Part shown: piece by piece, positions 20,851 to 28,265 of the stretch
How positions within the stretch are numbered: position 1 is the first letter of the stretch
How the letters are laid out: each line of letters starts with the position of its first letter
DNA from: Trichodesmium erythraeum IMS101
GTDB taxonomy: Bacteria; Cyanobacteriota; Cyanobacteriia; Cyanobacteriales; Microcoleaceae
Direction of reading: 5' to 3'
NCBI RefSeq assembly: GCF_000014265.1
Contig: NC_008312.1
Location: 450,001 to 482,000, forward strand
Length of the DNA stretch: 32,000 bases
Made by a program: the position numbers and the translations under genes
The notes under the pieces: generated by a model
Database searches by the model: none
The model's input: only the letters and a program-made list of their open reading frames with translations
What the model was told of the DNA's origin: nothing

Positions 20851-21815
20851 ATTGACCTTGATACTAATACAAAAACCAGAGAAACAGACCCCCAACTTGT
20901 AGCCAACAAATTTGCTGCTCCTGCCAAAGTAAAAGAAGGTAAAAAATTAGCAAAATAGGGAAAAATAAAACAGACAATTTCTATCTTCAAAAAATCTCTA
21001 GAACTGGAACCAGAAATTGACCTTGATACTAATACAAAAACCAGAGAAACAGACCCCCAACTTGTAGCCAACAAATTTGCTGCTCCTGCCAAAGTAAAAG
21101 AAGGTAAAAAATTAGCAAAATAGGGAAAAATAAAACAGACAATTTCTATCTTCAAAAAATCTCTAGAACTGGAACCAGAAATTGACCTTGATACTAATAC
21201 AAAAACCAGAGAAACAGACCCCCAACTTGTAGCCAACAAATTTGCTGCTCCTGCCAAAGTAAAAGAAGGTAAAAAATTAGCAAAATAGGGAAAAATGGAA
21301 CCAGCAATTTCTATCTTCAAAAAATCTCTAGAACTAGAACCAGAAATTGACCTTGATACTAATACAAAAACCAGAGAAACAGACCCCCAACTTGTAGCCA
21401 AAAAATTTGCTGCTCCTGCCAAAGTAAAAGAAGGTAAAAAATTAGCAAAATAGGGAAAAATGGAACCAGCAATTTCTATCTTCAAAAAATCTCTAGAACT
21501 GGAACCAGAAATTGACCTTGATACTAATACAAAAACCAGAGAAACAGACCCCCAACTTGTAGCCAACAAATTTGCTGCTCCTGCCAAAGTAAAAGAAGGT
21601 AAAAAATTAGCAAAATAGGGAAAAATGGAACCAGCAATTTCTATCTTCAAAAAACCTCTAGAACTGGAACCAGAAATTGACCTTGATACTAATACAAAAA
21701 CCAGAGAAACAGACCCCCAACTTGTAGCCAAAAAATTTGCTGCTCCTGCCAAAGTAAAAGAAGGTAAAAAATTAGCAAAATAGGGAAAAATGGAACCAGC
21801 AATTTCTATCTTCAA
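20844..21815 (-). CDS. Repeat-encoded antisense ORF (hypothetical, probably not a real gene)
   Basis: 323-codon open frame made only of the 55-aa unit FLKIEIAGSIFPYFANFLPSFTLAGAANLLATSWGSVSLVFVLVSRSISGSSSRG. It has no ATG in frame (the ORF track start is TTG) and no upstream leader or SD. The composition mirrors the K/E-rich sense strand. Confidence 0.2.
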   Translation of the reverse strand: MKIEIAGSIFPYFANFLPSFTLAGAANFLATSWGSVSLVFVLVSRSISGSSSRGFLKIEIAGSIFPYFANFLPSFTLAGAANLLATSWGSVSLVFVLVSRSISGSSSRDFLKIEIAGSIFPYFANFLPSFTLAGAANFLATSWGSVSLVFVLVSRSISGSSSRDFLKIEIAGSIFPYFANFLPSFTLAGAANLLATSWGSVSLVFVLVSRSISGSSSRDFLKIEIVCFIFPYFANFLPSFTLAGAANLLATSWGSVSLVFVLVSRSISGSSSRDFLKIEIVCFIFPYFANFLPSFTLAGAANLLATSWGSVSLVFVLVSRSIF

Positions 21816-21881
21816 AAAAGCTCTAGAACTGGAACCAGAAATTGACCTCGTTCCTAATACAAAAACCAGAGAAACAGACCC

Positions 21882-24209
21882 TCAACTTGTAGCCAACAAA
21901 TTTGCTGCTCCTGCCAAAGTAAAAGAAGGTAAAAAATTAGCAAAATAGGGAAAAATGGAACCAGCAATTTCTATCTTCAAAAAACCTCTAGAACTGGAAC
22001 CAGAAATTGACCTTGATACTAATACAAAAACCAGAGAAACAGACCCCCAACTTGTAGCCAACAAATTTGCTGCTCCTGCCAAAGTAAAAGAAGGTAAAAA
22101 ATTAGCAAAATAGGGAAAAATGGAACCAGCAATTTCTATCTTCAAAAAATCTCTAGAACTGGAACCAGAAATTGACCTTGATACTAATACAAAAACCAGA
22201 GAAACAGACCCCCAACTTGTAGCCAACAAATTTGCTGCTCCTGCCAAAGTAAAAGAAGGTAAAAAATTAGCAAAATAGGGAAAAATGGAACCAGCAATTT
22301 CTATCTTCAAAAAACCTCTAGAACTGGAACCAGAAATTGACCTTGATACTAATACAAAAACCAGAGAAACAGACCCCCAACTTGTAGCCAACAAATTTGC
22401 TGCTCCTGCCAAAGTAAAAGAAGGTAAAAAATTAGCAAAATAGGGAAAAATGGAACCAGCAATTTCTATCTTCAAAAAATCTCTAGAACTGGAACCAGAA
22501 ATTGACCTTGATACTAATACAAAAACCAGAGAAACAGACCCCCAACTTGTAGCCAACAAATTTGCTGCTCCTGCCAAAGTAAAAGAAGGTAAAAAATTAG
22601 CAAAATAGGGAAAAATAAAACAGACAATTTCTATCTTCAAAAAATCTCTAGAACTGGAACCAGAAATTGACCTTGATACTAATACAAAAACCAGAGAAAC
22701 AGACCCCCAACTTGTAGCCAACAAATTTTCTGCTCCTGCCAAAGTAAAAGAAGGTAAAAAATTAGCAAAATAGGGAAAAATGGAACCAGCAATTTCTATC
22801 TTCAAAAAACCTCTAGAACTGGAACCAGAAATTGACCTCAATACTAATACAAAAACCAGAGAAATAGACCCCCAACTTGTAGCCAACAAATTTGCTGCTC
22901 CTGCCAAAGTAAAAGAAGGTAAAAAATTAGCAAAATAGGGAAAAATAAAACAGACAATTTCTATCTTCAAAAAATCTCTAGAACTGGAACCAGAAATTGA
23001 CCTTGATACTAATACAAAAACCAGAGAAACAGACCCCCAACTTGTAGCCAACAAATTTGCTGCTCCTGCCAAAGTAAAAGAAGGTAAAAAATTAGCAAAA
23101 TAGGGAAAAATGGAACAGACAATTTCTATCTTCAAAAAATCTCTAGAACTGGAACCAGAAATTGACCTTGATACTAATACAAAAACCAGAGAAACAGACC
23201 CCCAACTTGTAGCCAACAAATTTGCTGCTCCTGCCAAAGTAAAAGAAGGTAAAAAATTAGCAAAATAGGGAAAAATGGAACCAGCAATTTCTATCTTCAA
23301 AAAACCTCTAGAACTAGAACCAGAAATTGACCTCGATCCTAATACAAAAACCAGAGAAACAGACCCCCAACTTGTAGCCAACAAATTTGCTGCTCCTGCC
23401 AAAGTAAAAGAAGGTAAAAAATTAGCAAAATAGGGAAAAATGGAACAGACAATTTCTATCTTCAAAAAATCTCTAGAACTGGAACCAGAAATTGACCTTG
23501 ATACTAATACAAAAACCAGAGAAACAGACCCCCAACTTGTAGCCAACAAATTTGCTGCTCCTGCCAAAGTAAAAGAAGGTAAAAAATTAGCAAAATAGGG
23601 AAAAATGGAACCAGCAATTTCTATCTTCAAAAAAGCTCTAGAACTAGAACCAGAAATTGACCTTGATACTAATACAAAAACCAGAGAAACAGACCCCCAA
23701 CTTGTAGCCAACAAATTTGCTGCTCCTGCCAAAGTAAAAGAAGGTAAAAAATTAGCAAAATAGGGAAAAATGGAATCAGCAATTTCTATCTTCAAAAAAG
23801 CTCTATAACTAGAACCAGAAATTGACCTTGATACTAATACAAAAACCAGAGAAACAGACCCCCAACTTGTAGCCAACAAATTTGCTGCTCCTGCCAAAGT
23901 AAAAGAAGGTAAAAAATTAGCAAAATAGGGAAAAATGGAACCAGCAATTTCTATCTTCAAAAAAGCTCTATAACTGGAACCAGAAATTGACCTTGATACT
24001 AATACAAAAACCAGAGAAACAGACCCCCAACTTGTAGCCAACAAATTTGCTGCTCCTGCCAAAGTAAAAGAAGGTAAAAAATTAGCAAAATAGGGAAAAA
24101 TGGAACCAGCAATTTCTATCTTCAAAAAACCTCTAGAACTAGAACCAGAAATTGACCTTGATACTAATACAAAAACCAGAGAAACAGACCCCCAACTTGT
24201 AGCCAACAA
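21882..24209 (-). CDS. Repeat-encoded antisense ORF (hypothetical, probably not a real gene)
   Basis: 775-codon open frame across about 14 units with the same 55-aa unit as above. It contains no internal Met. It is bounded by stops created by single-unit substitutions (TGA at 21882-21884, TAA near 24210-24218). Confidence 0.2.
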   Translation of the reverse strand: MLATSWGSVSLVFVLVSRSISGSSSRGFLKIEIAGSIFPYFANFLPSFTLAGAANLLATSWGSVSLVFVLVSRSISGSSYRAFLKIEIAGSIFPYFANFLPSFTLAGAANLLATSWGSVSLVFVLVSRSISGSSYRAFLKIEIADSIFPYFANFLPSFTLAGAANLLATSWGSVSLVFVLVSRSISGSSSRAFLKIEIAGSIFPYFANFLPSFTLAGAANLLATSWGSVSLVFVLVSRSISGSSSRDFLKIEIVCSIFPYFANFLPSFTLAGAANLLATSWGSVSLVFVLGSRSISGSSSRGFLKIEIAGSIFPYFANFLPSFTLAGAANLLATSWGSVSLVFVLVSRSISGSSSRDFLKIEIVCSIFPYFANFLPSFTLAGAANLLATSWGSVSLVFVLVSRSISGSSSRDFLKIEIVCFIFPYFANFLPSFTLAGAANLLATSWGSISLVFVLVLRSISGSSSRGFLKIEIAGSIFPYFANFLPSFTLAGAENLLATSWGSVSLVFVLVSRSISGSSSRDFLKIEIVCFIFPYFANFLPSFTLAGAANLLATSWGSVSLVFVLVSRSISGSSSRDFLKIEIAGSIFPYFANFLPSFTLAGAANLLATSWGSVSLVFVLVSRSISGSSSRGFLKIEIAGSIFPYFANFLPSFTLAGAANLLATSWGSVSLVFVLVSRSISGSSSRDFLKIEIAGSIFPYFANFLPSFTLAGAANLLATSWGSVSLVFVLVSRSISGSSSRGFLKIEIAGSIFPYFANFLPSFTLAGAANLLATS

Positions 24210-24218
24210 ATTTGCTGC

Positions 24219-24785
24219 TTATGCCAAAGTAGAAGAAGGTAAAAAACTAGCAAAATAGGGAAAAATAAAACAGACAATTTCTATCTTCAAAAAATCTCTA
24301 GAACTAGAACCAGAAATTGGCCTCAATACTAATACAAAAACCAGAGAAACAGACCCCCAACTTGTAGCCAACAAATTTGCTGCTCCTGCCAAAATAAAAG
24401 AAGGTAAAAAATTAGCAAAATAGGGAAAAATAAAACAGACAATTTCTATCTTCAAAAAATCTCTAGAACTGGAACCAGAAATTGACCTTGATACTAATAC
24501 AAAAACCAGAGAAACAGACCCCCAACTTGTAGCCAACAAATTTGCTGCTCCTGCCAAAGTAAAAGAAGGTAAAAAATTAGCAAAATAGGGAAAAATGGAA
24601 CCAGCAATTTCTATCTTCAAAAAACCTCTAGAACTAGAACCAGAAATTGACCTCGTTCCTAATACAAAAACCAGAGAAACAGACCCCCAACTTGTAGCCA
24701 ACAAATTTGCTGCTCCTGCCAAAGTAAAAGAAGGTAAAAAATTAGCAAAATAGGGAAAAATGGAACCAGCAATTTCTATCTTCAA
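24219..24785 (-). CDS. Repeat-encoded antisense ORF (hypothetical, probably not a real gene)
   Basis: 188-codon open frame with the same unit, a TTG start only, and the same caveats. Confidence 0.15.
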   Translation of the reverse strand: MKIEIAGSIFPYFANFLPSFTLAGAANLLATSWGSVSLVFVLGTRSISGSSSRGFLKIEIAGSIFPYFANFLPSFTLAGAANLLATSWGSVSLVFVLVSRSISGSSSRDFLKIEIVCFIFPYFANFLPSFILAGAANLLATSWGSVSLVFVLVLRPISGSSSRDFLKIEIVCFIFPYFASFLPSSTLA

Positions 24786-24924
24786 AAAATCTCTAGAACT
24801 AGAACCAGAAATTGACCTTGATACTAATACAAAAACCAGAGAAACAGACCCTCAACTTGTAGCCAACAAATTTGCTGCTCCTGCCAAGGTAAAAGAAGGT
24901 AAAAAATTAGCAAAATAGGGAAAA

Positions 24925-25165
24925 ATGGAACCAGCAATGAATCTTTATAATCAAGCACAAAAATTAGATTCAGATGTCGAAATAGATACGAGTAATTTAG
25001 GATACTTATATTTTTTTTGCAGCTTAAATAATCAGGCTCAAGATATAATTTTTGCCTGTGAAAAAGCCGTTAAACTGGAGCCTAATAATAAAAAAAACTC
25101 AGTTTTATTGAGGTTTAGCAAGAGCATTAACAGGAGATTATTCGGGAGAAATTGAGGGTTTTTAA
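24925..25165 (+). pseudogene. Relic of the 3' part of the same gene (TPR-like C-terminal module), frameshifted and truncated
   Basis: The last array unit runs into MEPAMNLYNQAQKLDSDVEIDTSNLGYLYFFCSLNNQAQDIIFACEKAVKLEPNN. After an A8 run (about 25090-25097) the recognisable sequence continues in another frame as ARALTGDYSGEIEGF* (25118-25165). The pattern ...ACEKAV.LEP...RGLARALTGD..GAIEDF is, from memory, a recurrent C-terminal module of cyanobacterial caspase/TPR multidomain proteins. Confidence 0.5.
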
Positions 25166-25369
25166 GTATTAATATATTCTCTCAAATATTAGGTTTAAAA
25201 ATCCAGATTTTAGGTTAGGATATAAACTTTTACAAAAGGAGAAAAATCATTTAATTATGAGGTATTGAAGGAGTGGAAAAAAGAGGTAAATATACTAATA
25301 AATAGAAAGTCTTGAAAAGTCATATTAGGGAATCCCGTGCTGCCTCATAGGAGCAGCCTCGGGAGGATA

Positions 25370-26356
25370 TTAACCACCAATTTGTGACATAGTTCGACTA
25401 TAAATTCCAGTAGTGCCAGACTCTCTTTGCTTAAAATTAATTTCTGGTTTTAGACCTAATAAATATTCCACCTGCTGCCGTAACTCTTCCACAGAAATTC
25501 CATTACGCAAACTACTTTTTAAATCTATTTGACCGATTTCATTTAATAGACAAGGTCTTAACCATCCATCTGCAGAAAGACGCATTCTATTACAGCGATC
25601 GCAAAAGCATTCAGACATCTGACTAATAAACCCTAAAGTTCCTTTTGCTCCAGGAATTTGAAATATATCCGCCGGTCCATTTCCCGGGACAAAAGACTCT
25701 GTTAGCCCCCATTTTTTCCTAATTATTTGCCTTAATTCTTCAGAAGAAATCCAACCCTTATTATCAAACAATTTATCATTACCTATAGGCATAAATTCAA
25801 TAAATCGAATATGCCAATTACGGTTAATAGTTAAAGCAGCTAAATCTAAAACTTCATGATCATTAACCCCAGGAATAATAACTACATTAATCTTTAAAGG
25901 ATCAAAACCAACCTCATAAGCCGCTTGAATACCATTCCAAACTAGCTGCCAATGACTACGATTTTTATTTCCAATAATTAAATTAAAAGTATCTGAATCA
26001 AGAGTATCTAAACTAATATTAATTCTTCTTAAACCAGCTTTATATAAATCTTTTGCCATCTTTGATAGTAAAAAACCATTAGTAGTCATAGATAAATCTT
26101 TTGTTTCAGGAAAAGAAGCGATCGCCTCAATCAAACCTATAACATTAGGACGTAATAAAGGCTCGCCTCCAGTCAAGCGAAACCGAGTAAAACCTACAGG
26201 AATAAACACCTCTTTAAGCAGACTTAATAACTCATTATCAGTTAACAAATCTTGTTTTAAGATATAATCTATTTCTGCACCTTCTGGCATACAATATTGA
26301 CACCGAAAATTGCAACGATCTATCAGACTAATTCTTAGATAATCAACTGTGTTCAT
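25370..26356 (-). CDS. moaA: GTP 3',8-cyclase (molybdenum cofactor biosynthesis protein A, radical SAM)
   Basis: 328 aa. It has the N-terminal CNFRCQYC (CxxxCxxC) cluster in the [20 protein letters not shown] context. The second cluster is CDRC-x13-C ([20 protein letters not shown]). The protein ends in the C-terminal Gly-Gly typical of MoaA. Confidence 0.92.
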   Translation of the reverse strand: MNTVDYLRISLIDRCNFRCQYCMPEGAEIDYILKQDLLTDNELLSLLKEVFIPVGFTRFRLTGGEPLLRPNVIGLIEAIASFPETKDLSMTTNGFLLSKMAKDLYKAGLRRINISLDTLDSDTFNLIIGNKNRSHWQLVWNGIQAAYEVGFDPLKINVVIIPGVNDHEVLDLAALTINRNWHIRFIEFMPIGNDKLFDNKGWISSEELRQIIRKKWGLTESFVPGNGPADIFQIPGAKGTLGFISQMSECFCDRCNRMRLSADGWLRPCLLNEIGQIDLKSSLRNGISVEELRQQVEYLLGLKPEINFKQRESGTTGIYSRTMSQIGG

Positions 26357-26658
26357 GTTAAAAATATTCTGTTAATATAATTTTAATTGTACTTTACCTG
26401 CTAGATATTTGCTAGTTATAGCCACTTTTTTGAAACTTTAATTTATCTCAATATTACTAATTTTAGAAAAAATATTCATAAAAGTATTGCTAATAGAGAA
26501 AGGTGTCAGTCTAGAAAGTCTAAAAAATAGACAATTGCATTACTTTTTTGGACATAATATGAAGTATATTCTCAACAAAAATAGATATAAAATTACAAAT
26601 AAAATAACAAATAAATGATATAATAGTAATTTTAAATAAACTTCACATACGTCCAATA

Positions 26659-27140
26659 GTGAGAGGAAAAACTAAAAAAAACACAGAATTTGGAGCAAAA
26701 CCTTGTGCAAGTTGTATAGAGCAATATGTATTTTTACATCGAATAAGTTGGGATAACTATAAAAAATCAGGAGATTTAAAAGTAACTGCAAAACGACACA
26801 GGCCGTCACCCAGAGTCGGCTGGTGCAGAGCAAGTTTACAGATCAGCAAGAAAATCTAAAATTCTGTCAAAAGAAAAGTATTTTATAGGAGCATTATTTC
26901 CCTGTGTTGACCACCCAAAAATATTGATCAAATAGAAATATTCTAGGTCAGGAGCGATCAAAAATTGCCTAACTATATTGAGGGTAAATTTTGGCCACTA
27001 CAAAAGAAGATTTAATCTAGGACAAGTGATGGCCAAACTTTCTGAAACTTCCACAACTTGGATAGAATAACCTTTAGCAGCGCGATCGCAATTACTTTTT
27101 TTAGTAATAACCTTTCTACCCTCTTAAAAGCAGCTTTTTC
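26659..27140 (+). pseudogene. C-terminal fragment of an IS4/IS5-superfamily DDE transposase, with frameshifts and stops
   Basis: Frame-hopping translation gives RGKTKKNTEFGAK...FLHRISWDNYKKSGDL, then ...PPKNIDQIEI...RSDQK..NYIEGKFWPLQKKI*S..., then ..GQVMAKLSETS...AITFFSNNLSTLLKAA. This matches the usual ...RGK..vEFGAK...lsWd.ynEs.dL...GRPPK...RN.IEGkFGq.KRrf.L.rvmAKL.eTS...I.i.flvmNL... C-terminal pattern. The N-terminal two thirds are missing and no inverted repeats were identified. Confidence 0.65.
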
Positions 27141-28265
27141 TCTTTTTTTGTACTTTTTTTTTTCAGTCTGTTTAACTATTTTTCCTTATAACTAAATGAA
27201 TATATAATAATAAAAAATTATCACTCTCTTTGAATAAGAAATCAACGATTTTCAGATTTATTCAGTCATCATAAATTAAGTCCATAATTTTTGTGAAAGA
27301 ACTCAAATGATATAGAGCTTAGGTAATTTTTTTTGTGTAGATCATCAAATTATCGTTCCTTTACTTGGGTTAGGTTGACCCCTCCAAATACTCTTCTCGT
27401 CCTTTCTGGGTGTCCCAGTTGCCCTTCTGTTTTTCCATAGCTGTAGTCCAGTTCCTTCTTAAGTGGGGCTTTTTCTCAGGGCTGGCCCAGGCCACTAGAG
27501 GTTAGCAATAATGAGATTTGAGGATTTTTATTCAGTTTTTCTATTACTTGTTACTATTGTCCAACGAGTTCAACTAGAGCATTCACCGACAGTAATTCTT
27601 AGTCTTTTCTCTCTTTTGGAATATCTGGTGGAATTCATTTCTCTACAATACTCAAGAGCTTTCCCTTTTTATTAGCTCCCTACCCTTCAATGCTTACCCC
27701 CTGGAGTATCTAAAAAATTCTTTGCCTTCCTATGATTAGCCAACTTTAAACCTAATTTTTTCTGTAATCAAGATTTACTAAAGTATGCCCCATATTTTTC
27801 TAATAGTAAACTCAGAAATTTAGCCGACTGGTTACCGACAAACCACTACAAAAAATAGAATAGTAGCTAGCCTAATTTGGGATTAATAATTGACAAAAAA
27901 TTAATCAAAATATATTAATATAATAAAAATTGTAAAGAAAATTCAAAAAAAGCAATGATCAAAACACATTAGTTGTTCATATAGCCTATCCCTGTCCAGG
28001 GATGAATTTGTCTAAAGCTTCCCAACTATTTGGGAGAGAACTAACAAAACCTGGCTAGCTAGATAGCTAAGTTGATCATAAAAAAAAGATAATATATATT
28101 ACGATATTTTAAGAGGTACCAGGATTTGAATACCAAATTAAAAGTATTAGTTTCTCAAAATACAGTTTTAATATCCATTGCACTCTTAGTCTGGAGTACA
28201 TAATCTTACTAGGAGCAACAGAAGCATTTTCCTATTTACTAAATAATTGGGAAATAGCCTTAACA

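Larger units (their letters stand above)
20851..24938. repeat. Tandem array, 165-bp unit, about 24.8 copies, perfect register
   Basis: The anchor TAGGGAAAAAT recurs at 20956, 21121, 21286 and so on to 24916, which is 25 positions exactly 165 bp apart with no indel anywhere. Units differ only by scattered substitutions. Consensus unit: tagggaaaaatggaaccagcaatttctatcttcaaaaaa[t/c/g]ctctagaact[g/a]gaaccagaaattgaccttgatactaatacaaaaaccagagaaacagacccccaacttgtagccaacaaatttgctgctcctgccaaagtaaaagaaggtaaaaaattagcaaaa. Confidence 0.98.

Noticed and set aside
20956-24918. Pyrrolysine or dedicated amber recoding of the 25 in-frame TAG codons
   Set aside because: No pyl genes, suppressor tRNA or recoding signal are visible in the window, and this is unknown in cyanobacteria. 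The flanking gene parts carry independent frameshifts and TAA stops, so a full-length product is impossible anyway. It is kept only as a low-probability alternative under the finding.
20851-24938. CRISPR array interpretation of the repeats
   Set aside because: Units abut directly with no unique spacers. The unit is 165 bp (CRISPR repeats are about 23-50 bp), and no cas genes or leader are present.
25320-25369. Hairpin GCTGC-ctcatagga-GCAGC downstream of moaA as a terminator
   Set aside because: It has only a 5-bp stem, a 9-nt loop and no U-tract on the - strand, which is too weak to report as a feature.
25370-26356. Radical-SAM enzyme next to the repeated small ORFs as a RiPP maturase with a multi-copy precursor peptide locus
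   Set aside because: The enzyme is a textbook MoaA. It has the N-terminal CNFRCQYC cluster, a second C-x2-C-x13-C cluster, a C-terminal Gly-Gly and the standard 328-aa length. It is on the opposite strand. The repeat peptide has no Cys and no obvious leader/core organisation, and no transporter or protease gene accompanies it.
26357-26658. Moco riboswitch upstream of moaA, and a TPP riboswitch upstream of the TenA gene (9649-9719)
   Set aside because: Both leaders are short or extremely AT-rich. They have no conserved riboswitch cores (no CTGAGA...ACCTGA-type TPP elements and no Moco-motif helices) that I could recognise.
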